A DNA stretch of 63,909 bases, filler included, from Craspedostauros australis (Eukaryota): NCBI GenBank assembly GCA_030167865.1. It is 15 parts of 15 records of this genome, joined end to end, with 100 filler letters (N's around TTAATTAATTAA, not from the genome) between each part and the next. Parts side by side here need not be neighbours in the genome. Positions count along the whole stretch, not along the records: positions 1 to 6,364 come from JALAGF010004335.1; positions 6,465 to 17,620 come from JALAGF010004336.1; 13 more parts are not named here. One strand, 5' to 3'. Positions 1 to 11,652 of the stretch are shown here, piece after piece (the first letter of the stretch is position 1; each line of letters opens with the position of its first letter). Both the position numbers and the translations under genes were made by a program. Under the pieces are notes generated by a model that was not told the origin of the DNA, did no database searches, and saw only the letters and a program-made list of their open reading frames with translations.

Positions 1-73
1 CTTTCGCAGAGTTCACCTGTGGCCAAACATACACTTCATACAAATAGCACGGATAGGCATGCAGCAAACTTAC

Positions 74-2301
74 TTCCAGTGCCGGGCGGTCCCTGTTTAG
101 CATGCCCAACATGGCCATCATGATTCAGCGAGGTTGGTCGTAGTGAGTTGGAGAGATGTGGAATAGATGGCATCGACTTCCGTATGAAGCATCATTGCAA
201 AGTCAGATACAAAGACGGATGAAACAACTGGTGAGCGTTTCGCCCCCATACCCATACACGCCCACTCACTGTGCCTTCTCCAAAGTATGCACTCGCCAAG
301 AAAGCATCAAAGCACACGCACAGGGCATGCGGCAGGCAACACCTCTCTCCAGCGTCGCAGTACGTAAGAGTAGATCCAATGATCACTTCTATCGTCCAGC
401 CCCGTCGCCACCGTGCAAGATGCATTCATTCATTCATCCATGCTTGCTCGTACCACATCGCAGATTCTGCTTTGTGTTCTACGCGTATCTGCATGTGCAC
501 GTACCTTGATCAATGTGAATCCACCGTCTCCGTAGCCCTTGGCAGAGGCAGAGATGGCAGTGAGCTGCGAAGGATTGAACTTCTTCTCCGCATACGACGT
601 GAATCCTTTGCCCAAGGCTTGGACTCCGCCCATCTTCTTCAGCAGTCTGCTCTTTTCGTCGGAAGATATCCTGCCATCTCTGCCTGGCCGCTTGTTCGGG
701 TCCAGCATGCCATCGCGCGTGCCCTCCCCATCGCCCTTCAAGTGCTGACCGAGCAGGTATTTGAGCAGAGGCAACCGTTCGATGTTGCATAATGCCGTGA
801 ACTCTCTCAACGATGTGATGTTGCCACCAATCTTCAGCAGGTACATTTCTGGCTCTCCGATCCGCGCCCAGCGACGTTTCGACACCTTCAGGATCAATCC
901 GTTCAATGACTTCCGAGTCAATTCCGTGTGGCCGACCATAGCCATCTTGTGGAATGGGAAGCCACCGTCGCCATCGTCGTCAATGCCTTTCTCATGGAGG
1001 ATGCGAGCCAGATCCCTCGATGTGCCCCCGCGTAGTAATTTCTCCACTATGGTGCTGTACATCGTTGGGATGAGGCAGCAGACGTCGTGCGCAAAGAATT
1101 GCAATCCATTGCCATCCCCATTGTGCTTGACGCTGAGCTGGACATTGCACGAGTCGACGGTCGACAACAGGTCCTCGTGTACGTTGAGATTCCTCCCACG
1201 TCGGTGGGTGCCCGATCTCGACGTCGTTTCCACATTCACGAGAACCAACGGCGACGCGCTTCCTCCTCTCCCACCTTTGTTGCGCTCAAAGTACTGGCCG
1301 ATGTCACCCAGGATATCAGACAGAAGCTGCGCCCTTGCCTCGGCCATGCAAAGCGGAGCCCAAGCCGCGATGTAATGGCGGTGGTTGATGAAGGTATCAG
1401 GCAGTGGTTTCTTCTTGCTTCTGGCCAGTTGCTGCGAAACATCGTCGTCTGCGCCAGGAGCATTAGTAGAACCGTCCAAGGTGCCTTTTCTGTTGTCGTT
1501 CTTCGTTCCTTTCTGTTGCTGACCGTTCGGATGCTGTTGCTCCTTCTGCTGATCAGCGAGGTCAGTCACGAAGTTCCATTCTCGGATGCTCTTCCAAAAG
1601 TCATCCGGCAAGGTGCTCGTAGCGAAGGAAGCGGATGATATGCCATCCTCGCTCATCATGCCGGACAGTCTTGTGCCGCTGCCGATGGTGCTGACGAGCG
1701 ATGCAAGGCGGGTCATGCTCCCCTTTTTGCTGGCTTCAGTCGCGGCCGTGGCCACTCCCGTACCGCCACCGCTACTCGATATCTTTGGGACTCGGCCCGT
1801 ACTACCTGATGCCGTTGCGTTGGCTCGCGCTGCGGCTAGAATGCCATGGGCCGATGGTGGAGCCGAAGATGACGCTAACGATTGGCCTGGTTGTTTGGCT
1901 CGGTTCGGTCGCTTCAGGGATGGGCGCTTCGTTGGCGGTTCATTCTTGGTTCCCTGTGGCTGCACCGGGTCGATCATGATGATCTTCGCCGCAGGTCTGC
2001 CCGGACTTAGCTTCTGTCGAGGTCGCTTCAAGGCCGGTTTCTGGTTTGTACTAAGCACCTGCGAGGTGGAAGAAGAGGAGGCGGTTGCTGGTGCTGGTGC
2101 TGATGCTGGTGTTGATATCCGTTTGGTCAGAGTCAAGCCACCAGCTTTGACCTTTTGGACCGCCGATGGATTCGATGGATTGCTCTTGGCAGCGGAGTTG
2201 GTTGGCGTACCAATAGAAGAGGGCTTCTTCATCATCGCAGCCAACCGGCGTTGCTTCTCAAAGATGCCCAACTCCTTTTGGGATGGATTGGACGATGGCA
2301 T
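74..2301 (-). CDS. Sen1/senataxin-Upf1-type superfamily 1 helicase, 5' part (exons 2301-505 and 92-74; continues beyond window start)
   Basis: The ORF ends in the Q-motif region 'KFNPSQLTAISASA...GFTLIK', followed by a GT donor at 504. A CAG acceptor at 95-93 opens a 19-nt exon GGACCGCCCGGCACTGGAA with a GTAAG donor at 73, giving FTLIK-GPPGTG(K), the SF1B Walker A. Upstream 'LPDTF..HRHYIAAWAPLCMAEARAQL' and 'ITSLREFTAL' are Sen1-like. The start ATG at 2301 is inferred. Confidence 0.8.
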
Positions 2302-4062
2302 GATTGCTGGATAGTGTTGATCGTTGTTGCTGAGAGTACAATAGGGCCGAGTGTTACATACGTATTGGGTGTTGCGAGCGGAATCGTTGGTGAGTTGTCG
2401 TCGAACCGATGGCATGAGTGTTCACATGCGTGCGAGTTTGCATACATACAAGCATGTGTACGAGTATGTGCGGTACGTATGGTATGCAGGCACAGGAAAG
2501 ATTGGTCAGCGTCCTCTGTCTCTCTCTCTGGAGTAGCGTGCGTACGAGTATCAGCATTGGCAGTGTCAAAATGCTTGATAACATGAGCATGCATACAGTA
2601 CGAGTACTCGCTGAAGTGCGAGCACAGTTACGAATAGCATGCCTTGTGGGGAGTATGCCCGATGCCACCACCATGAATGATGCAAGGCAAGATAGACGCT
2701 AGATGAAGCTGGGAGGAATGGAGCTGTGCTATCGAGATCGACTTGAGCATGAGGATGCGCACAACGAGGTGAATGCGCCATATGTTATATAATGGTATAA
2801 TACATACGAATCAACGCCGATGATGATCGGCGATCGCCCGTCGCAAACGTGATTGTGAACACAAAGCCGGGCACGAGCCTGTGATGAGAGGTCCTTGCGT
2901 CATTCCAACCAGTCATCATTGCAGCTCCTGGTTCTTCTTCCTCTGGCCTCCGCATCCAAGCACATCAGGGCCGCCAGACTGCGGACGATGCCAACATAAA
3001 AGACTTCGCGCAAGCAGAAACACTGGGAGTCACAACAACTGAGGGAATCGCAGGTGGAGGTTGCTGCGCATCATGTAGGAGTGCGGCGTGGTAGCCCATG
3101 AAGACCGAACAAGCTCCGACCTTCCATCCAGTGCACAACCACCAAGGTCTACCAAAGGAAGGCGTGGACAGACAAGCCACGAACGACAAGAGACGCAGAC
3201 AGCAACGCCAGCACGAGGAAAGGCACACGGTGTAAACATACGCATGTCCGGACGCCCATGCATCCATCCATCCATCCATGCAGCCACTCACTCACTCACT
3301 CACATGCATGTCCGAGATGGAATCCCAACAGACAATTGTGGGCTCGTTACTCACCACCGAAATGTGTAAAACTCGCGCCAAGTGTTGCCGCTCTGTTCTA
3401 CTCTGCTCTGCACTGAATCGCCAACAAAACCGATCGTTCCGATGAAAAGAAAGACACAAACAACGGATGATGCTGGAAACGACGCATTCGATGACACCTG
3501 TGCAGAGATCGAGGCAGCAGCCAGATGGATGAATGTATGGGCTGATTGGTGGCTGGATAGATTCGATGGCTTTGCGGATTTTTGGCGTCTTTGTAGTGTT
3601 TCTCTGCGCGGTCAATCGTGGAGTGTCTTTCGAATCTGTGTTTGCGGTTGTTGGTGGTGGTGGTGGTCGTGGTGGGCGGCGCGGGTGGCAGTTCGTCCTT
3701 CCACGCTTTCTGTTGTTCCTGTTGTTTCTGTTGGCGACTTTTTCTTCCATTCGTTGGTGGCTCGATGTAGTCGATTATCGACCACATTGATCATGTCTTG
3801 TGACGTGACACGAACTTCGTGATTCAGCTTCAACAATCCAGAAACACGATTCAACAAGTGTCGGTCATCTTTTTGGTTTTCTGAATCTGCCGAAGCTGAC
3901 TTCTTCCACACATGTCGCCCATGGTTGAAAGCACTGCCTGGAGACGATGATGCCACTCAAGACATCAAGTCACGAAATCCGCAGTCGATCATCCAAGGTC
4001 ATCCAAGGTCATCACAACACACATGCGCACACACGCATACACATGCACACATACGCACACCG

Positions 4063-6033
4063 ATGGCTGACGGCTCTGAACACAGGACGAGTACGAGCAC
4101 CGATGCCAAACATGCGGAGAACACCACATGGAGTTTCTTCTATGAACCTGCAACTTCCTCCATCAACGCAAGGAGAGTTGATGTGAGCAAAGCAAACGGT
4201 GCAGTTGCCACCGCAGCGAACAGGAATGCACAAAGCCAAATGCGCAGATACAATGATGCAGGTGTTTCTCCCAAGCAACCAAAAGGAAGGCGCTGTTGTC
4301 GCATTGGACTGAGAACACTCGGTCTCGTCTTTTCGATTGTGATCTTCTGCTGGTTGATCCTCACGTGCATGCTGGCCACGGCGCTGAGCAAGGCAGGAGC
4401 TGATCCGAACCAAAAGCACCCGTTGTTGCCATCGACCGGTGATGTGTTGGTCGGCACGGATGCAGTCAGTCAGTCCTCCTATCTGATGACGCAGAAACCT
4501 GAGGCAGCCAATGCATCGCATCCATTCGAATCAATGGAAAGGGGAGCAACACAAGCAATAGAAGCAACACAAGCAACGGTTGGCAGAGCACAGCACGGTA
4601 CGGAACAGCAGGTACAGATCGCCCGTTCCCTGGAATCTTCCTCAGCTCGGTACTTTGTCTACAATCGATCCGACTTTTCAGTGCTGCGCAAAGGCAGCCC
4701 TCACTATCAGGGCCATCGCATCGGCGCCCCCATGTTTGTCCAACGATACGGTGATGACAACCGATCCGATGAGGACATGCTCGTTGCGTTGGAACGCCAC
4801 CCATTGCGAACGTACGATCCGGAACAAGCCCAGGTCTTCATCATCTCTTTCCTTCCGGGCCAAATCCTCACGTGGCAGCCAGGCAAGATGAAGCTGTCCA
4901 AGCAGGTGCAGGAATGGTACGACAAGCATCAGGATGGACGTGGCGATGGTCACAGCCCCGCCGCCAGCTTTGGTGGATTGCCCACCGTCGATCTGTTCGA
5001 GCTCACCTTCCGCGAGCTTCTGGCGCATCCCATATACAGCCAGTACAAGCACAGGCACAACCACGTCTTGCTATCAACAGCGTTGGTCACTTTCCACCAT
5101 GGAGATGTGGGCAAGGTTCGTGCATTGGCGCGATGGTACAACGACCTGCAGAACATCACCGTTGCGATGTCTTTTGATGTGCGTGCCATGTGGGAGGCAC
5201 ATGGGAACGGCGTGCTGGCAGGCAACGACTACGAGACCATGGCTGGACCCATGACACCGGTGACGCGATCGTCTTTCTCACTCGGGTTGGGATGCCAGTC
5301 AAGCTGTGGGCTTGATCTGATCCCAGCAAGCATGCAACGATTCGATACGGCGAAGTATCACATATTCTACCAGACACGAACGACTGGATCCTTGTACAAC
5401 TCCACCATCTATCGACATGCTCCGTTGACGCACACCAACCTTACTCAACAGCTGTATCCACGTGCGCAAGATGGTAACGGCAACATGGACAACATACGCA
5501 ATATGCACAACAGCAGAGAGATCAACGGCCGCGATGCCAACGCGCAAGATAATTGCATGGGATACGGATTGCCCAACCGACGGATCTGGAAGGACAGGTT
5601 CTCATCGTCTCAGTTCTGCTTGGTCATCCGTGGTGACACACCCCACTCCCATTCTCTAATCCGCAGCATGCGGGTGGGCTGCATCCCCGTCATCATCAGC
5701 GATTGGTACCCAACCTTCTCACCGACACTCAAGACGAGCCTGCCAAACATGGAGGCATTCGCGGTCTTCATTCGGGAGAAGGACTTCGTTCAGGATCCGC
5801 AAGGCACTTTGCAGGCCCTCCGTGAGTTGCCGCGTGCTTATATCGAAGAGAAGATTGCAAATCTCCGCATAGCGCAGCGCATCGTGTTTGCGGATCATGA
5901 GCAGAGCCTGTTCGTCCCTGCGTTTGTGACGGAAGCGTTAGCAGCAATGGAAGATGCCAAGACACTGCACAGAGATGAGGGAGGTGATGGTGCTGATGTT
6001 GATGTTGGTGGTGGTGGCGGTGGTGGTAGTTGA
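4063..6033 (+). CDS. Exostosin-family (GT47) glycosyltransferase, type II membrane protein
   Basis: Single N-terminal TM 'LGLVFSIVIFCWLILTCMLATAL'; 'HPLRTYDPEQAQVFII'; GT47 signature 'SSQFCLVIRGDTPHSHSLIRSMRVGCIPVIISD'. First ATG in the ORF is at 4063. Confidence 0.85.
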   Translation: MADGSEHRTSTSTDAKHAENTTWSFFYEPATSSINARRVDVSKANGAVATAANRNAQSQMRRYNDAGVSPKQPKGRRCCRIGLRTLGLVFSIVIFCWLILTCMLATALSKAGADPNQKHPLLPSTGDVLVGTDAVSQSSYLMTQKPEAANASHPFESMERGATQAIEATQATVGRAQHGTEQQVQIARSLESSSARYFVYNRSDFSVLRKGSPHYQGHRIGAPMFVQRYGDDNRSDEDMLVALERHPLRTYDPEQAQVFIISFLPGQILTWQPGKMKLSKQVQEWYDKHQDGRGDGHSPAASFGGLPTVDLFELTFRELLAHPIYSQYKHRHNHVLLSTALVTFHHGDVGKVRALARWYNDLQNITVAMSFDVRAMWEAHGNGVLAGNDYETMAGPMTPVTRSSFSLGLGCQSSCGLDLIPASMQRFDTAKYHIFYQTRTTGSLYNSTIYRHAPLTHTNLTQQLYPRAQDGNGNMDNIRNMHNSREINGRDANAQDNCMGYGLPNRRIWKDRFSSSQFCLVIRGDTPHSHSLIRSMRVGCIPVIISDWYPTFSPTLKTSLPNMEAFAVFIREKDFVQDPQGTLQALRELPRAYIEEKIANLRIAQRIVFADHEQSLFVPAFVTEALAAMEDAKTLHRDEGGDGADVDVGGGGGGGS

Positions 6034-6364
6034 ACAAACAGAGTAACTCCGCGGTAGACCATTCGACACCCACGCATGAGCGAGAAACATTTCATTGATG
6101 GGTCTTGATGTGTATAATAGAATACCATAGAATACTAAAGGTGCTGAGACGTAGCTATGTGGGTGAAGGTACAGGGACTCTGCCCTGGCCCACTCTGCTC
6201 TATTCATAATAGTATTATGTACGCGTAGCACGTTCTACAGCGACATGGAAACTTGATGACGAAGATCCATGTGGCGAACGTCAGACAGACGTGCCACGAG
6301 TCAGCCTTGAACAAAGATTTTCGATCGTCACAAAACAAATCCTCTCCACAATTTCACACGTTGG

Positions 6365-6464
6365 NNNNNNNNNNNNNNNNNNNNNNNNNNNNNNNNNNNN
6401 NNNNNNNNTTAATTAATTAANNNNNNNNNNNNNNNNNNNNNNNNNNNNNNNNNNNNNNNNNNNN
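6365..6464. other. Artificial 100-bp contig spacer (44N-TTAATTAATTAA-44N). Identical spacers at 17621-17720, 20743-20842, 22502-22601, 24493-24592, 26484-26583, 28214-28313, 30267-30366, 32320-32419, 34050-34149, 36013-36112, 39888-39987, 53496-53595, 61278-61377
   Basis: Same length and structure each time. TTAATTAATTAA places stop codons in all six frames, a standard contig-concatenation linker. Confidence 0.98.
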
Positions 6465-6558
6465 GTCCATTGGCGACGAGCAACTCGGAGCACTCCAGCA
6501 GCTCAGCGACATCTTCCAGCAGGCGCTCCCCGCGACGCCCACAGCGCCACTTCCGAGG

Positions 6559-8775
6559 GTGCACACCGAGCCACCTCCGAGGGTGCTCACCACGGCCAGC
6601 AGTGGCACCAACAACAAACGCGTCACCTTCGCGACGCCGGCGCGCACACCTCCGAGGGTGCCCCAAACCACACCGCAAGTCACAGACGACGAAGCCGACT
6701 CCGAACCAGAATCGGACGACGACGACGACGACGACGACAGCGCCAACACGGGAGCACCTCCCACAGGCCATTCCGCAACAACGCCACGCACACGACTGCG
6801 CACCGGCACCATCCAGCGCAAGCAATGGGCACGCGGAGCCACCACCGCAAACGCAGTCATCGACGAACGCACGGGAACGGCATACGAATACCGGCACCTC
6901 ATCGCTGGCAAGGTTCATGGCCACACCCCGCAACAATGGTACACATCCTTCGCAAACGAGATCGGGCGTCTCGCACAAGGCGTCGGAACCCGCATCCCAG
7001 CATCGGCGGCAACCAACACCATCTTCTTCGTCCCAAGATCAGCAGTACCACGAGATCGCACCGTCACATACGGCCGCATCGTCTGCGCCGTACGACCACA
7101 AAAAGCGGAAACACATCGCACGCGCCTCACCGTAGGAGGCAATCTCATCGATTACCCCTTCGACGTACACACACCCACCGCCGAACTCACCACTGCAAAG
7201 TGTTTGTTCAACAGCGTCATCTCCACACCGAATGCGAGGTTCATGACCATCGACATCAAGGATTTTTATCTGAACACCGAAATGGACAGATACGAATACA
7301 TGCGAATGCCGATGGCAATGCTGCCACCAGAGATCATCGAACAATACCAGCTCCAGAACTTGGAACACAACGGCAACGTCTACGTCGAAGTGCGAAAGGG
7401 CATGTACGGGCTGCCGCAGGCGGGCAAAATCGCAAATGTGAAGCTCCAAAAACACCTCGCGAAATTCGGGTACAGGCCAGTCCCACACACTCCAGGATTG
7501 TGGAAGCACGACTGCAGACCCATCACATTCACTCTCGTGGTAGACGACTTCGGAGTCAAGTACGTGGGCAAGGAACACGCACAGCACCTCATCGGAGCGC
7601 TTCAGACAATATACAAGTGCACCGTCGAGTGGGACGGCGATCTCTACTGCGGCGTCAGTCTCAAGTGGGACTACGACACAAGAAAAGTGGAGCTCTCCAT
7701 GCCGGGATACGTGAAGAAGGCGCGTCACAAATTCCAACATCCGATCCCCACCAAACCACAGCATGCGCCAGCCCCATGCGAAGCACCAGTCTACGGCGCC
7801 AGAACACAAGAGCCCAAGCTGGAGGACGACGCGCCAGAGCTACCAGCCGAAGAAATCATCCGCATCCGGCAAATAGTGGGGACCCTACTATACTACGCGA
7901 GAGCCGTCGACCCAACCATCCTTCCCGCAGTCAGCGACATCGCCACACAACAAGCGCATGCCACACACAACACGGCGAACCGAGTTCGACAGCTGCTCGA
8001 CTACTGTGCCACGCACCCCAGCGCAACCATCGTGTACAGCGCCAGCGACATGATACTGCATGTCGACAGCGACGCATCGTACCTGAGCCTACCCAAGGCC
8101 AGAAGCCGCGCCGGCGGCCACATGTACCTCAGCAGTCGATCCTCGACAGACACCAAGGCACCAACCAAGCCGCCTCCAAACAACGGAGCCATCCACACGG
8201 TCTGCAACAAGATTCAAAACGTCATGAGCTCGGCAGCCGAAGCCGAGGTCGGCGCGCTGTACCTGAACTGCACCGCGGCGTCAGCGCTACGCACCACCCT
8301 CGACGAGCTAGGCCACGCCCAGCCGCCCACACCCATCAAAACCGACAATTCCACCGCATCCGGCGTCGTCAACAACACCATGAAGCAACGACGCACCAGA
8401 GCCATGGACATGCGCTTCTACTGGGTGCGCGACCGAATCCAGCAAGGACAATTCATTGTCTACTGGGCCCCCGGTGCGGACAATCTCGCCGACTACTTCA
8501 CCAAGCATCATCCGACGGCGCATCACAGAAAAATGAGAGAAGTATACCTCAAGCCTACCCCTGACAGCGGCAAATCAGCAAGACAGAGCATGTTGGGAGT
8601 TACGCGAGGGTGTATTGATTCCAGTCCCGCACGTGACCCGACTGACCGACGTACGCAAAGTGCGCACCTCGCGCCCACTTTCCTCCTAGAGCAGATCAAG
8701 ACACTAGCAGGAGCCAAGACCGCAACTCCTCAGCTCAGCAATGTAATATCTCATAATATTAGCGAACAACATTGA
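6559..8775 (+). CDS. Copia Pol fragment (reverse transcriptase + RNase H), uninterrupted frame
   Basis: 738 codons without stops; catalytic D..DD and RNase H D/E/D/D residues are present; three PPRV repeats lie upstream of RT. Confidence 0.9.
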   Translation: MHTEPPPRVLTTASSGTNNKRVTFATPARTPPRVPQTTPQVTDDEADSEPESDDDDDDDDSANTGAPPTGHSATTPRTRLRTGTIQRKQWARGATTANAVIDERTGTAYEYRHLIAGKVHGHTPQQWYTSFANEIGRLAQGVGTRIPASAATNTIFFVPRSAVPRDRTVTYGRIVCAVRPQKAETHRTRLTVGGNLIDYPFDVHTPTAELTTAKCLFNSVISTPNARFMTIDIKDFYLNTEMDRYEYMRMPMAMLPPEIIEQYQLQNLEHNGNVYVEVRKGMYGLPQAGKIANVKLQKHLAKFGYRPVPHTPGLWKHDCRPITFTLVVDDFGVKYVGKEHAQHLIGALQTIYKCTVEWDGDLYCGVSLKWDYDTRKVELSMPGYVKKARHKFQHPIPTKPQHAPAPCEAPVYGARTQEPKLEDDAPELPAEEIIRIRQIVGTLLYYARAVDPTILPAVSDIATQQAHATHNTANRVRQLLDYCATHPSATIVYSASDMILHVDSDASYLSLPKARSRAGGHMYLSSRSSTDTKAPTKPPPNNGAIHTVCNKIQNVMSSAAEAEVGALYLNCTAASALRTTLDELGHAQPPTPIKTDNSTASGVVNNTMKQRRTRAMDMRFYWVRDRIQQGQFIVYWAPGADNLADYFTKHHPTAHHRKMREVYLKPTPDSGKSARQSMLGVTRGCIDSSPARDPTDRRTQSAHLAPTFLLEQIKTLAGAKTATPQLSNVISHNISEQH

Positions 8776-8783
8776 TTCACACA
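8611..8783 (+). repeat. Putative 3' LTR (about 170 bp)
   Basis: Begins TGT directly after the PPT; candidate end ...TTCACACA; AT-rich TATA-like tract near 8744-8761. The right boundary cannot be verified without the 5' LTR. Confidence 0.5.
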
Positions 8784-10007
8784 CTACTCGTCTTATTGAC
8801 ATGCGGCGCCATGTCGTCAGCGATGACACACACGAACACGCACACACACCTCTCTTTATCATCATGTTCGTGGGCGCTCCGCATCCCTTCACACCATGAA
8901 CATAAACAACGAGACAACATGATGATGCATCAACGTCCAAGAAGGATTGCGTGAAGGCACTCCACTTTCTCCACGACTACGAGCTACTGCATGGAACCTT
9001 CCATGGCTAGTTGCCGCAGCAAAACGCCCGCCTGATGCTCTGATCGAACTACCATACGATGCTCATGATCGGAGTTGGTGGAAGAGTACGATGTGAGGCT
9101 GCCGGGAACGCGCGCTGCTATCGGAAGGCACACACGCAAAAACACCGCGCTGGTACCACGCAGCAGTCGCAAACTTGGCATCAAGCAGTGCGGCGACAGA
9201 CTTGGAGGATCGCAGTATCCTGGACGTCGACATCAAGGCGGCGACGACACACGACGCCGCGCTTCGCAGCATCAATTGTATCCACCAGCCGCATCGACGG
9301 GTGCGGTGAGAACTGAGTCGGCACCAACGAAGCTGCTGTGCATCACTACGCAACAGCCACAGATGAAGTTGATGTCAGCGCCGGTGGCAGGTTGGGAATC
9401 CGGTGCCATGAAGAAGAGACGGACGCGGCAAGTGACGTCTTCGGCAGAAAATCGAGATGCCACCGTGTGGGGCGACGTCTGCATACAAGTGCCATTGTGT
9501 ACGCCACGGAACTTCCATTTCTTTCCACTGATATGGTATGACATGCCAAGTAACATCGAGTAAATGTATTACCTTCCGTTGTCATTTCTTGTTTGCCTCC
9601 CCCTCCCAGCGTTCCGTTCGGTTGGCGTCGTTCACGTTCGTTTCCCCAGGTTGTTTGCTCGTACGCGGTTGTACAGGTAAATACGCATTATGCTAATGAA
9701 TTACATTCAGAACGTTGTACAAGGATATCTTCACGTTGACAACTTGGGCATTGACAATAAATGAAGTGAATACTACAGTACCGAGAATTCCACCCTGATC
9801 ACCACCAACAGGATCGACCAAGATCAAACGAAGTCAAAAATGGACCAGTTCGTCCTCAACCCATGGTTGATCGTGCCTCACGACACGAGACGATGTGACG
9901 CCGCCGCTGATGGTGACGGTAAACGCTATTGCTCATCGCAGAGGAAAGGTCGTTCATGTTCTTGCCAATCCCTCTGTGCCAAACCCTCCGGGCATAGCAA
10001 ACGTGGT

Positions 10008-10742
10008 CTAGAAACGCGCCATGAAATGCACCGGGTCCAAAGCAGAGCGTGCATCCTGTGGACAGAACTTCCAAATTCCCGATTCAATCTCGTTCTGCAG
10101 CTGCTCTGGTGCCCAAGCCTTATAGCGGCGAAAGAATTTGATGTGGCCCTCCCCTCTCTCGTCATCCTGAAGAAGAATCTCTGCAAGTTCGTCGATGCTG
10201 CCTCCCATGAACAAATCGCCATGCGCACGGTACAATTTGTACGACCCTGACACGCCCGGCACGTCATGGAGCCAAAACCACGGTGACAGATCTCTTAACG
10301 CGATGGGCGCGTCCGTCTCAAGCGAGGATTCCAGAGGCAGATCCTCACCGGCCATGTCAACTCCACAACCGAGCATGAGAGGGTACTTCTCAAATTGCCG
10401 AAATCTCGGAATCGGAAGATCCCCAAGCCTCACAGGCGTTGGGCTGTTCAGAACGAGACCGCCTGTTCCCATGGCAGTGTGTTCGAACACGACGACGTTC
10501 TGCCCGTTGTGTTGCAATCCAAGTCCTGGCTCAATGATGATCGCTTGTGCGGATAGATCGGTAAGTGCCACCAGCAGCAACGTCCGCTTGGTGGCGAGGC
10601 GGAGGCGACCTGGGCTCCATCTCGCGCGCAGAGTTGGTCGAAGCTTCATGAGGCCGGATGTCTTTGTACGTGGTTTTTGTAGCGCTGAAGGTCGTGGAAA
10701 AAAGAGAGAAACAGCAAAAGTCACCATGAAGATGAGCTTCAT
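10008..10742 (-). CDS. DUF179 (AlgH/YqgE-like) protein with N-terminal signal peptide, possibly plastid-targeted
   Basis: 'GLVLNSPT', 'LFMGG' and 'KFFRRYKAWAPEQLQNEIESGIW' match the DUF179 pattern (F.GY.GW...QL..E+..G.W). Hydrophobic leader MKLIFMVTFAVSLFF is followed by a basic transit-like segment. Confidence 0.75.
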   Translation of the reverse strand: MKLIFMVTFAVSLFFPRPSALQKPRTKTSGLMKLRPTLRARWSPGRLRLATKRTLLLVALTDLSAQAIIIEPGLGLQHNGQNVVVFEHTAMGTGGLVLNSPTPVRLGDLPIPRFRQFEKYPLMLGCGVDMAGEDLPLESSLETDAPIALRDLSPWFWLHDVPGVSGSYKLYRAHGDLFMGGSIDELAEILLQDDERGEGHIKFFRRYKAWAPEQLQNEIESGIWKFCPQDARSALDPVHFMARF

Positions 10743-11652
10743 TCCAATGTGAATGGCCACACTCGCGGGAGGATCTCGTGCCTGCTTTTGTTGCACTTGT
10801 CTCCCTTGCCTTCGCGGCCTCGTCTGATGTCGCTTCGGTTTTGACGTCTGTGTGTGTGTGTGTTGCTTAGTTCCTCTCTGTTGGGAAAGAAGCGCGTTGT
10901 GATCCCGCAGCTATCGCATCACCAGCAGACGTAGCGACGTCACCAACACAACACAGAACGATCAAGAAGAATCAGATTCTGAGAAAAGCAGATGTTCCTT
11001 CGTGACTCCGAAGATACCTTTTCGTTTCCAGTTCACAATTCGTTGCTCGACCATCATGTGGTTTGAAGTCGAGCTACGGAATGAGTGTGTTGGATCAACC
11101 TCAGTATGCTCTGCAGTGTCCTCCTTGGATGTGTGTATGAATGTATTATTATGTAGAATACGTATGTGATCAAGCCCAGAAACGATGATAGGGGGATTGT
11201 AGGAGTTATGGCTGCTGATTGTAGCTGGTGGTTGTGGCTGTTGCGTTCATTCCACATTCGTGTTGACACACGCGTGTCAGGTTTGAATCCACAAGTACAC
11301 GAATTGTCGCTTGTGCTTCTCTTCCAGAACGCTCCACCACCAACAAAATCCCAAACCAAAAAACAGGAGAACGAAACAACACACAGCACCCAGCTGCGAC
11401 AACAGCATCACCTCCAACACCAAACATCAAACAACCAAGCAGACCAACAAACCAGGAGAGACCTCCGCGATTGCAATCGTGATCGCACCAGCATTCACAG
11501 AACAGACGGCAAGCAAAGCGACACCCACAAAGAAGAGCAGCATACAGCCAGCACCACAACACACTGGCACCCTTACACAGGAGTTACCATCGTCAAGCGC
11601 AGTGAAGATACCGACCGTGGCAAACAACAGAGAACAGCAAACAACGTGCAAG

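Larger units (their letters stand above)
6465..8783 (+). mobile_element. Ty1/copia (CoDi-like) LTR retrotransposon, 3' half: RT, RNase H, PPT and putative 3' LTR; 5'-truncated by contig end
   Basis: RT motifs 'RTRLTVGG', 'TIDIKDFYL', 'KGMYGLPQAG', 'LVVDDFGV'. RNase H motifs 'DSDAS', 'SSAAEAE', 'TDNSTA', 'AMDMRFYWVRD', 'NLADYFTK'. Purine run GCGAGGG (8604-8610) is directly followed by TGTATTG. Confidence 0.93.

Noticed and set aside
2416..3924. Short ORFs between the helicase and GT47 genes
   Set aside because: Microsatellite-rich (CATC, CACT, TGG) divergent intergenic DNA with no recognisable motifs.
6825..8564. 579-aa ORF overlapping copia pol in another frame
   Set aside because: R/H/Q-rich with no motifs; explained by the T-poor, C/A-rich strand suppressing stops.
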